From Archangium sp. (GTDB taxonomy: Bacteria; Myxococcota; Myxococcia; Myxococcales; Myxococcaceae), in NCBI GenBank assembly GCA_031367385.1, contig JANLPS010000467.1, positions 1 through 15,947 on the forward strand: 15,947 nt of DNA, written 5' to 3'. The position numbers were made by a program, and so were the translations under genes. Positions 1 through 7,345 of the stretch are shown here, piece by piece (the stretch's first letter is position 1; every line of letters begins with the position of its first letter). Below the pieces are notes generated by a model. The model was not told where the DNA came from. It saw only the letters and a list, made by a program, of their open reading frames with translations, and did no database searches.

Positions 1-2
1 CG

Positions 3-536
3 CATGGCCGCAACAACCGCCTCGATGGCCCCGAGGGCGTTGCCGAGCTGTTGACGGTGTTGGCTGACGGCGATCAGAAGACCCACGGCGCCGTGTGGAA
101 CAACCTGCTCTTCGCGAAACCGGGAGAGACGGTGTGGCAGATCATGGAGCGAGACCGCCAGGTGAGCGATGCCGCTGCGAGACATTCTGCGCTCCTCGAC
201 ACGCTCGCCTCGATGCTGGCCGAGCTCAGCCAGAAGACCCGCCCTCCCGAGGTCAAAGTGCGTTCGCGCGGTGAAAAAGCGCTGGTGACCGCGGTGAAGG
301 CGAGTGACGCCAGCCCCGTGTTCGCCGCTGTCGAGATCGCGAAAACGCCCGTCGAGGCCGAGACACTCGCGCGCTGGGCCAAGAACGCTCCCGAAGCACT
401 CGGAGGGCCGCAGACACAAAGGGCGCTCGAGGTGATGCGTCGAAACTTCGCCATGATGGCCGCTCGAACGAACCGCACCGACCTCTGGTCAGAGCAGATG
501 CTCGACCGCGAGTTGGGGCCGAATGCCAAGGGCTGA
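3..536 (+). CDS. Hypothetical protein, C-terminal part (5'-truncated by window edge)
   Basis: The frame is open from base 3 (HGRNNRLDGPEGVAELLTVLADG...) to TGA at 534-536 with GC3-rich codons. It converges on pyrD with a 2-bp gap. No recognisable motif. Confidence 0.65.
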   Translation, partial: HGRNNRLDGPEGVAELLTVLADGDQKTHGAVWNNLLFAKPGETVWQIMERDRQVSDAAARHSALLDTLASMLAELSQKTRPPEVKVRSRGEKALVTAVKASDASPVFAAVEIAKTPVEAETLARWAKNAPEALGGPQTQRALEVMRRNFAMMAARTNRTDLWSEQMLDRELGPNAKG

Positions 537-538
537 AG

Positions 539-1576
539 TCAGGCGTTTCGGCCGACCGCCTGCGCGATCGACGTGAGGCCCGCCTGGGTCACTCGCTCGC
601 TGAGCTCCTCGCACAACGAGGCCGGCAGCCCAGGCCCCCTGTAGATGAAGCCTGAGTAAATTTGCACCAGTGCCGCGCCCGCGCTGATTTTTTCCCACGC
701 ATCGTCGGCGGTGAAGATGCCCCCCACGCCGATGATCGGCAGCGCGCCTTTGCCGTGCGCGAAGGCCCTGCGAACCACTTCAGTCGAGCGTTGGCGCAGG
801 GGTTTCCCAGAGAGCCCGCCGACCTCGCCGGCCAGCGGGTGGGTAATTGACCGGGCGATGGTGGTGTTGGTGCAGATTACTCCGTCGACTCCGCAGGCGC
901 GAGCCACGTCGACGACGGTATCAATCGCTTCGTCAGCGAGATCAGGCGCAATTTTCAAGAACAGCGGTTTGCCGGTGACCGTTTCTCTCACCGCGCGCAG
1001 CAGGCCTTCGAGCGCCTCGGGCTCTTGCAGTTGCCTCAGGCCCGGCGTGTTCGGCGAGCTCAAGTTCACGACCACGTAGTCGCCGAGCGGGCCCAGCACC
1101 TTCGCGCAAGCGACATAGTCAGACGCGGCGTTCTCGAGCGGCGTGTCTTTGTTCTTGCCCAGGTTCACGCCGACCGGGCCGGGGCGCCACGACACGGCCT
1201 TGAGTCGCTGAGCGACGACCTCGGCACCGTGGTTGTTGAAGCCGAGCCTGTTGATCAGCGCCTCGTGCTCGGGCAATCGAAACAGCCGCGGCTTGGGGTT
1301 GCCCGGCTGAGGCCGGGGGGTGACGGTGCCGATCTCCACGAAGCCGAACCCGAGCCCGAAGAGCCCCGCGACCGCCTCGGCGTTCTTGTCGAGCCCCGCA
1401 GCCAGGCCGACGGGGCTCTCGAAGTCGAGCCCTGCGACGCGAGTGGCGAGCAGCGGGTTGGCAGCGGGTCGGAGCGACCGCGCGAAGGGCCCCATCGCCT
1501 TCAGCGCGGCGATGCCCAGGTGGTGTGCCCGCTCAGGGTCGAGCGCGAAGAGCAGCGATTTCGCCAGCTGGTACAC
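539..1576 (-). CDS. pyrD: Quinone-dependent dihydroorotate dehydrogenase (class 2)
   Basis: Motifs LDPERAHHL, GLAAGLDKNAE, GFVEIGTVTPRPQPGNPKPRLFRL, INRLGFNN, NLSSPNTPGLR (catalytic Ser), KIAPDL, NTT, GGLSGKP and IIGVGGI. GTG start. Confidence 0.97.
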   Translation of the reverse strand: MYQLAKSLLFALDPERAHHLGIAALKAMGPFARSLRPAANPLLATRVAGLDFESPVGLAAGLDKNAEAVAGLFGLGFGFVEIGTVTPRPQPGNPKPRLFRLPEHEALINRLGFNNHGAEVVAQRLKAVSWRPGPVGVNLGKNKDTPLENAASDYVACAKVLGPLGDYVVVNLSSPNTPGLRQLQEPEALEGLLRAVRETVTGKPLFLKIAPDLADEAIDTVVDVARACGVDGVICTNTTIARSITHPLAGEVGGLSGKPLRQRSTEVVRRAFAHGKGALPIIGVGGIFTADDAWEKISAGAALVQIYSGFIYRGPGLPASLCEELSERVTQAGLTSIAQAVGRNA

Positions 1577-1580
1577 GCGC

Positions 1581-2579
1581 TCAGCTCTTGGGAATGAACG
1601 AGTATTCGCGCGCCCAGGCCAGCGTCTGGTCGACCTGTTCGACCGTCAAGATGCGGTTCTTCTCGACCAGGTCGATCTCTTTCTGCATGTCGGTGTTGAG
1701 CAGATACGGGCCGTCGGTGTTGAAGGTGATTTTGACGCCACGGTCCCAAAACGTGCGAACGATGTGCTCGAACTCTTTGACGCCTTCGACTGCGTTGGTC
1801 TGAAGGTTCGAAGACGGGCAGAGCTCGAGCACGACATCGCGCTCTTTGAGCAACTTCATCGCGCTCTCGTCATACGCAGCGCGAATGCCGTGACCGATTC
1901 GGTTGGGCTTGAGCCGCTCGACGACGGCGATCACGCCCTCGGCGCCGGTGCCCTTGGTCTCGCCAGTATGAACGGTGGTCTTGAGGCCGCTCTTGCGCGC
2001 GTGCTCGAAGAGATCTTCGTACTTGGCGACCACTTCGGGCTTGAGCTCGAGCGCGTTCGACTCGGTGCCGGCGAGGTCGATGCCGAGCACTCCGCGGCTT
2101 CGGTACTTGATGGCCTTTTCGACGATCACCGAGTTGAGCGCGTGATCGAACTCGCGCGCCAGGCAGAAGATGAGGCAGGCCTTCACGCCGTACTCGAGCT
2201 GCGCTTTGTCCATACCGCGCAGGGCCGCGTGAATGATGTGGTCGAGGTCGAGCGCCGAGGCCAGGTTGCGCTTGGCGGGGTTGAAGCGAAGCTCGATCTG
2301 GGTCACCCGCGAGCTGCGATATTCTTTGCCGATGATCTCGTAGATCGCGCGCTCAATCGCGTGCGGAGAGCTCTGAATCTTCTCCGTCCACGTGTGCATG
2401 ATCTTCAGGTAGTCGTCGAGACCGGTGACCTTGTCGGGCGACGCGGTGATCAGGTCGACGAACTCGAAGTAATTTTTGACCGGGAGCTTGAAGCCCTGCT
2501 GATGCGCGATGGACCAGAGAATATGCGGGGCGACAGCGCCGCCGACATGAATGTGGAGATCGATGAGGTCGCGAGCCAT
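1581..2579 (-). CDS. add: Adenosine/adenine deaminase family amidohydrolase
   Basis: DLHIHVGG (HxH metal motif), GIDLAG, TVHTGE, RIGHGIRA, LELCPSSN, ITFNTDGP. Start is ATG at 2579 or 2585; the ORF track's 2594 is less likely. Confidence 0.88.
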   Translation of the reverse strand: MARDLIDLHIHVGGAVAPHILWSIAHQQGFKLPVKNYFEFVDLITASPDKVTGLDDYLKIMHTWTEKIQSSPHAIERAIYEIIGKEYRSSRVTQIELRFNPAKRNLASALDLDHIIHAALRGMDKAQLEYGVKACLIFCLAREFDHALNSVIVEKAIKYRSRGVLGIDLAGTESNALELKPEVVAKYEDLFEHARKSGLKTTVHTGETKGTGAEGVIAVVERLKPNRIGHGIRAAYDESAMKLLKERDVVLELCPSSNLQTNAVEGVKEFEHIVRTFWDRGVKITFNTDGPYLLNTDMQKEIDLVEKNRILTVEQVDQTLAWAREYSFIPKS

Positions 2580-2607
2580 GGCCATCTCTGCCACAGATCT
2601 TCGCGTT

Positions 2608-3378
2608 TTAGAACCCGCGAATTCGCTTCAGCGCCTCGTACGCTTGCTGAACCTGACGAAAGCGCTCCGCCGCCGCGGGAGTGGCCACCCGGTCGGGGTG
2701 ATTCTCTGCGGCGAGCCGTCGGTACGCGCTGCGAACCTCGTCATCGGTCGCGGTCGCAGGCACGCCCAGGGTGACGTAGTGCTCGGCGCCGGTGCCGAGA
2801 AATTGCTGGGCGATCTCCCTGCGCTGTTGTTCGTTGAGCTCGAAAGCGTCGACGATTCGCTTGAGTGCGTTGGTCTCTGAGTTGGTGAGCGGGCCGTCGA
2901 CCAGCGCGAGCTCGTACATCCACCGCGCGACCTGCTGCCGCTTCGAAGCATCGGTCTGTTGTCGCGCCGGGGGGATGACCAGGTCGAGGTCGCGGGGCGC
3001 GTGCCGCAGCTGGGCCTTGAGCGCGACCCGCACGGCCTCAATCGCCGTCGAGTCGAGCTTGCTGTGCTGTTCGAAGAACTCACGAATGACGCGTACTTCG
3101 AGGCGCGAGACCATGCCGTCGATGCGCGCGAGCTCGATGAAGAGCGGGCACATCGCGTCGATCAACGCGTGCGGCACGGCGACCACGGGCGACGGGGCAG
3201 GGCGCTGCTGCCTCGGCCAATCGGCCAGGGCCACTCGGGGCTGCTCGGGGTCTTGGTCGAGCAAGAAGTGACCCGCGGCGGCGCCGAGCAACGCCAGGGT
3301 CACCGCCAACGGCGCAGACCAGGCCAGGAGCATGCCGAGGGAGCCCCCAACCATCGCTCCGATGATCTTGCCGTACAT
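2608..3378 (-). CDS. djlA: DjlA-like membrane-anchored co-chaperone (TM anchor + TerB-like domain + C-terminal J domain)
   Basis: N-terminus MYGKIIGAMVGG plus a hydrophobic segment; TerB-like LARIDGMVSRLE and LALVDGPLTNSE; J domain YVTLGV...VRSAYRRLAAENHPD...FRQVQQAYE. ATG 3378 was chosen because the track's start at 3408 would overlap the folD start. Confidence 0.8.
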   Translation of the reverse strand: MYGKIIGAMVGGSLGMLLAWSAPLAVTLALLGAAAGHFLLDQDPEQPRVALADWPRQQRPAPSPVVAVPHALIDAMCPLFIELARIDGMVSRLEVRVIREFFEQHSKLDSTAIEAVRVALKAQLRHAPRDLDLVIPPARQQTDASKRQQVARWMYELALVDGPLTNSETNALKRIVDAFELNEQQRREIAQQFLGTGAEHYVTLGVPATATDDEVRSAYRRLAAENHPDRVATPAAAERFRQVQQAYEALKRIRGF

Positions 3379-3406
3379 GGCTCGATCGCCTACCACAGCA
3401 GGTTTC

Positions 3407-4258
3407 ATGGCTCAGTTGATTGATGGAAAAGTGCTCGCCGCCAAGGTTCGCGAAGAGCTCAAGGGTGATACCGCCGAGATCGTTCGCCGCTATGGCCGCG
3501 CGCCTGGCATCGCCGTGGTTCGGGTGGGCGAAGACCCGGCTTCGAAGGTCTACGTCACCTCGAAAGAGAAGACCGCGCTCGACCTGGGGTTCGGCTCGTG
3601 GCACCACCACTTCGAGACCAGCATCACCGAGCAGGAGCTCTTGGCGGTCGTGAAGAGGCTCAACGCCGACCCGATGGTCGACGGCATTCTGGTGCAGCTG
3701 CCCCTGCCGAAGCACATCAACAGCACGCTGGTGCTCGAGAGCATCGACCCCGCCAAAGACGTCGACGGCTTTCACGCGATCAACGCGGGCCACCTGTTTC
3801 AGGGCCGGCCCGGGCTGGTGCCATGCACTCCGGCGGGCGTGATGCGCATGCTCCAAGACATTGCCTACGACGTGACCGGCAAGAACTGCGTCGTCATCGG
3901 CCGGAGCACGATCGTCGGTCGCCCGATGTCGATGCTGCTGCTCAACGCCAGCGCCACCGTGACCATCTGCCACTTGAAGAGCGACGTGGCCGCCGAAGTG
4001 AAGCGCGCCGACGTGGTGATCGCCGCCGTCGGGGTCGCCAAGCTCGTCAAAGGCGAGTGGGTCAAACCCGGCGCGATCGTCATCGACGTCGGCATGAACC
4101 GCACGCCCGAGGGCAAGCTCTGCGGCGATGTCGACTTCGAATCGGCCAAAGAACGCGCCGCCTACATCACTCCCGTTCCCGGTGGCGTGGGCCCGATGAC
4201 CATCGCGATGTTGATGAGCAACACGGTCAAGGCCGCGAAAGCGCGTCTCTCCAAGTGA
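3407..4258 (+). CDS. folD: Bifunctional methylenetetrahydrofolate dehydrogenase/cyclohydrolase
   Basis: MAQLIDGK, VGEDPASKVYV..K, DGILVQLPLP, PAKDVDGFH, PCTPAG, VIGRSTIVGRP, NASATVTICH, IDVGMN, ITPVPGGVGPMTIAML. True start is ATG 3407, not 3332. Confidence 0.97.
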   Translation: MAQLIDGKVLAAKVREELKGDTAEIVRRYGRAPGIAVVRVGEDPASKVYVTSKEKTALDLGFGSWHHHFETSITEQELLAVVKRLNADPMVDGILVQLPLPKHINSTLVLESIDPAKDVDGFHAINAGHLFQGRPGLVPCTPAGVMRMLQDIAYDVTGKNCVVIGRSTIVGRPMSMLLLNASATVTICHLKSDVAAEVKRADVVIAAVGVAKLVKGEWVKPGAIVIDVGMNRTPEGKLCGDVDFESAKERAAYITPVPGGVGPMTIAMLMSNTVKAAKARLSK

Positions 4259-4267
4259 AGTGATGTC

Positions 4268-4293
4268 TGCCTTGATGGAGACAAACCAAGGCA
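4268..4293 (+). terminator. Stem-loop downstream of folD (possible weak terminator)
   Basis: TGCCTTG (4268-4274) pairs with CAAGGCA (4287-4293) around a 12-nt loop, starting 9 nt after the folD stop. There is no immediate U-tract. Confidence 0.3.
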
Positions 4294-4320
4294 AATAGCG
4301 CACATAGTTCGATTTTCTCT

Positions 4321-4372
4321 TTGTATTTACGCGTTATTCCCGAATAGTATCAAAAACGGGGCAATACTACTC
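4321..4372 (+). promoter_or_regulatory. Candidate sigma70-type promoter with overlapping inverted repeat, upstream of the SulP-gamma-CA operon
   Basis: AT-rich island with TTGTAT (4321-4326), 18 bp, TAGTAT (4345-4350). Inverted repeat GAaTAGTAT-N13-ATACTAcTC (4342-4372). Confidence 0.45.
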
Positions 4373-4384
4373 AGTCGCCTCCCA

Positions 4385-6445
4385 ATGGCGATCGTTCGAG
4401 AAAAAGAAGCCCCCTCCGGAGTGATGAAGTCGCTTCGCGCTGACTGGCGCGCCATGGCGGGGGCGTTCTTGAGCGAGTGGGGAGACGTCTTTCGCAGCCG
4501 GGCGCTGCCCTCTGACGTGCTGGCAGGGCTGACGGTCGCGGCGGTTGCGTTGCCCTTGAACCTGGCGTTGGCGGTGGCGAGCGGAGTGCCTCCGGCGGCC
4601 GGGTTGGTGGCGGGGGCCGTCGGCGGGCTCATCGCCGCGTCATTCGGTGGCGCCTCGTTGCAGGTGACTGGCCCGGCGGCGGCGTTGTCGGTGATGGTCT
4701 TGGCGGTCGCTGAGCGTTTCGGCGTGGTGGGCGTCGCCGCGGCGGCGCTGATGGTCGGGGTGATTCAGCTGGTCATGGCGTTCACCCGCGCCGGTCACCT
4801 CGCCAAGTTCGTGCCCGAGAGCGTGCTGGCGGGCTTCACCACCGGCGTGGGCCTGAAGCTCTTCGACTCGCAGCTGCCGGAGCTGCTCGGCTTCGACTAC
4901 CGGGTCTCCGAGCTCGCCGCGATGATGCATCGGCCCGAGTGGCTGCACGAAGTGAAGTGGACCTCGGTCGTCTGCGGGCTCACGGTTGCCTTTCTGGTGG
5001 TCTCGATGAAGAACCACAAGCGCTTCCCCGCGGCGATCGTGGGCATCGCGGTGGTGACCTTCATCGCGAGCTACGTGAACTGGGACGTGACTCGCGTCGG
5101 TGAGGTGCCGTCGTCCTTTCCGACTCCGGCGCTGCCGTTGCTCAAAGACAACCAGTGGCTCGATCTGTTCTTGCTGGCGTTGCCGTTGGGGCTGCTCGCC
5201 GGGGTCGAATCGCTGCTTTCGGCCAGCGTGGTCGATCGCATGACCGCGGGCACTGGGCGCAAACCGGTTCAGCCCTCGCTCGAGCTGTTCGGGCAAGGCC
5301 TGGCGAACATCGCGGTCGGTATGATGTCGGGCCTGCCGGTGTCAGGCGTGGTGGTTCGCAGCAGCACCAATGTTCAGACCGGCGCGAAGACGCGGCTGTC
5401 GAGCATTCTGCACGCGGTGTTTCTGGGCTGTGCGGTGCTCTTCGCGAGCGCCACGCTCTCGCGGGTGCCGTTGGCTGCGCTGGCGGGCTTGCTGTGCGTG
5501 ATCGGCTTTCGGCTGATCGAGCTCAAGACCTTCATCGAGCTGCTCAACCATCACAAGGTCGAGGCACTCGCCTTCGCGGTGACGTGCGTTGGCACGCTCA
5601 CCGGGCACCTGATGGCGGGGCTGGTGGCCGGCCTGGTGATCTCCGGAGTCGGGCGTTGGCTCGAGGGCATGCTGAACCCGGCGCGCAAGGTTCAGCCCGA
5701 ACGAAAACCCGGCATTCGCGCGGTGATGGCCAAGGCCGACGCGACCGCCCGCCACCCTGAGCACGCTCCCCAGTCGGCGCCCTCGAAGGCGCAGTGGTTG
5801 CCGAACGTGCGAGGCCGCGCGGTGCTGCCGAAGAGCGCTTTCATTCACCCCCAGGCCACGGTGATCGGCCGGGTGGTGTTCGGTGAGAACGTGCACATCG
5901 CCGCGGGAGCATCAGTGCGCGCTGACGAGGGCGCTCCGTTCTTCATCGGAGACGACTCGAACATTCAAGACGGCGTGGTGATTCATGCGCTGCAACAGAA
6001 GTGGGTGCAGGTCGGCGGCGAAGACTGGGCGGTGTACGTGGGCCGAAAGGTCTCGATGGCCCACAACGCGCTCGTGCACGGGCCCTGCTTCATTGGTGAC
6101 GGCTCGTTCATCGGGTTCAAAGCGGTGGTGCACGACTCGGTCGTCGGCAAGGGCTGCTTCGTCGGCATCGGCGCGGTCGTGGTCGGCGTCGAGATACCTG
6201 ACGGGCGCTTCGTGCCGAACGGCAGCATCGTCGACTCGCAAGACAAGGTCGACGCGTTGCCGCTCGCGCAAGAGTCGCAGATGCACTTCAACGAAGACGT
6301 GGTCGACGTGAACCGCGGGCTCGCTGCGGCGTATCGGTCAACCACGGCGGTCAATGAGGCCCTGGCCCGGCCCGCACGACCCGAGAAGGTCTCGGTGTGG
6401 TCGCAGGGTTGGGCGCGGGTCGCGGCCAAAAATCAGCGTTTTTAA
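4385..6445 (+). CDS. SulP/SLC26 anion (probably bicarbonate) transporter fused to C-terminal gamma-class carbonic anhydrase (CcmM/Cam-like)
   Basis: SulP signatures DVLAGLTVAAVALPL..A.ASGVPP..GL...GG...FGG...QVTGP, VPESVLAGFTTGVG, VESLLSA and ELFGQGLANI..GLPVSGVVVRSSTNVQTGAKTRLSSILH. After a roughly 55-aa linker there is a left-handed beta-helix with VRADEG, SNIQDGVVIHAL, MAHNALVHGP and VVDVNRGL. Start codon is uncertain (no clear SD). Confidence 0.9.
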   Translation: MAIVREKEAPSGVMKSLRADWRAMAGAFLSEWGDVFRSRALPSDVLAGLTVAAVALPLNLALAVASGVPPAAGLVAGAVGGLIAASFGGASLQVTGPAAALSVMVLAVAERFGVVGVAAAALMVGVIQLVMAFTRAGHLAKFVPESVLAGFTTGVGLKLFDSQLPELLGFDYRVSELAAMMHRPEWLHEVKWTSVVCGLTVAFLVVSMKNHKRFPAAIVGIAVVTFIASYVNWDVTRVGEVPSSFPTPALPLLKDNQWLDLFLLALPLGLLAGVESLLSASVVDRMTAGTGRKPVQPSLELFGQGLANIAVGMMSGLPVSGVVVRSSTNVQTGAKTRLSSILHAVFLGCAVLFASATLSRVPLAALAGLLCVIGFRLIELKTFIELLNHHKVEALAFAVTCVGTLTGHLMAGLVAGLVISGVGRWLEGMLNPARKVQPERKPGIRAVMAKADATARHPEHAPQSAPSKAQWLPNVRGRAVLPKSAFIHPQATVIGRVVFGENVHIAAGASVRADEGAPFFIGDDSNIQDGVVIHALQQKWVQVGGEDWAVYVGRKVSMAHNALVHGPCFIGDGSFIGFKAVVHDSVVGKGCFVGIGAVVVGVEIPDGRFVPNGSIVDSQDKVDALPLAQESQMHFNEDVVDVNRGLAAAYRSTTAVNEALARPARPEKVSVWSQGWARVAAKNQRF

Positions 6446-6460
6446 GAAAGAGGTGGCTTG

Positions 6461-7345
6461 ATGATGTTCGCACTTGGTCTTGCAGTCGGCGTGGTCGCAG
6501 CGGCCCTGTGGTTCGGGCGAAGCTGTCAGTTTCGGGTCGACGAGGGCCAGTGTGCCGTCGTCACCTCGTTCGGGGCGGCGAAGCGAAACCCAGCTGGGGG
6601 TCTGGTGACGTTCGGGCCTGGCATTCACGCGAAGTGGCCGTGGCAGATCGTTCACCGGGTGTCGCTGCGTGAGCAGTCGCTCGAGCTGTCGGGCGAAAAT
6701 GGCCAGCGGGTGATGGCCGCCGACGGCACGGTGCTGCGCCTCGAGGCCTCGCTGCGCTACACCCCGGAGATCGCTGGGCTCGAGCGGTTTCTCTTCGGGC
6801 TCAAGCGCCATGAAGAGCACATCAATGGGTTGTTCACCTGTCTGCTGCGAAGCGAAATCGCCAACATGGCGAAGCCCGCGGCGACGGAGATCATGACTCC
6901 GCACGCGGAGATGGCTGAGGCAGCAGGCTCGTACGGTCTGATTCGCCGCGAACGGAACCTGCTCAATCAACGCCTGGCTGACGTCTCGCAGAAGCGGCTC
7001 GGAGAAGTCTACGGCGTGAAGTTCTCAGCCGTCGACCTGCTCGACATTCTGCCGCCTGATGAGTTGGCCGATGCGCTGAACGCGGTGATGAACGCGCGCT
7101 CCGAGGCTGATTCACAGCGCTTCAAGGCCGAGAGCGAGAGCCGGCAGCAATTGTTGGCCGCGGAGCAGGGTGTCGACATCGCCCGCACCCATGCGTCTGC
7201 CGTTCAAATCGAGATGGACACGTTGGCCACGCACCTGTCGTCGCTCGACAAAGATGGAGTGCTCTCGCTCTACGTCGATCGCCGTCAGAACGAAGTGCTC
7301 GCCGAGTCGCGCACGCTGTACGTGAATGAAGGAGGCAAGCGATGA
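6461..7345 (+). CDS. SPFH (band 7/prohibitin) domain membrane protein, HflK-like
   Basis: SD AGAGGT at 6449-6454 before ATG 6461; N-terminal TM helix; FRVDEGQCAVVTSFG...PGIHAKWPW, TVLRLEASLRY, YGVKFSAVDLLDILPP; C-terminal coiled coil ALNAVMNARSEAD...AESE. Confidence 0.85.
   Translation: MMFALGLAVGVVAAALWFGRSCQFRVDEGQCAVVTSFGAAKRNPAGGLVTFGPGIHAKWPWQIVHRVSLREQSLELSGENGQRVMAADGTVLRLEASLRYTPEIAGLERFLFGLKRHEEHINGLFTCLLRSEIANMAKPAATEIMTPHAEMAEAAGSYGLIRRERNLLNQRLADVSQKRLGEVYGVKFSAVDLLDILPPDELADALNAVMNARSEADSQRFKAESESRQQLLAAEQGVDIARTHASAVQIEMDTLATHLSSLDKDGVLSLYVDRRQNEVLAESRTLYVNEGGKR

Noticed and set aside
1320..2774. 484-aa plus-strand ORF, and similar long ORFs at 3080-4303, 9143-9949, 11099-11929 and 12612-13814
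   Set aside because: They are antisense shadows of well-supported genes, expected with high GC3 codon bias, and have no recognisable motifs.
4261..4300. Fluoride (crcB) riboswitch upstream of an anion transporter, prompted by GATGGAG
   Set aside because: The GGCGATGG..TTCGCC stem and the downstream CTRATGAC pseudoknot partner are absent.
5792..6340. Carboxysome locus suggested by the CcmM-like domain
   Set aside because: There are no RuBisCO, shell (BMC) or ccmN genes in the window, no RbcS-like repeats, and the domain is fused to a membrane transporter.
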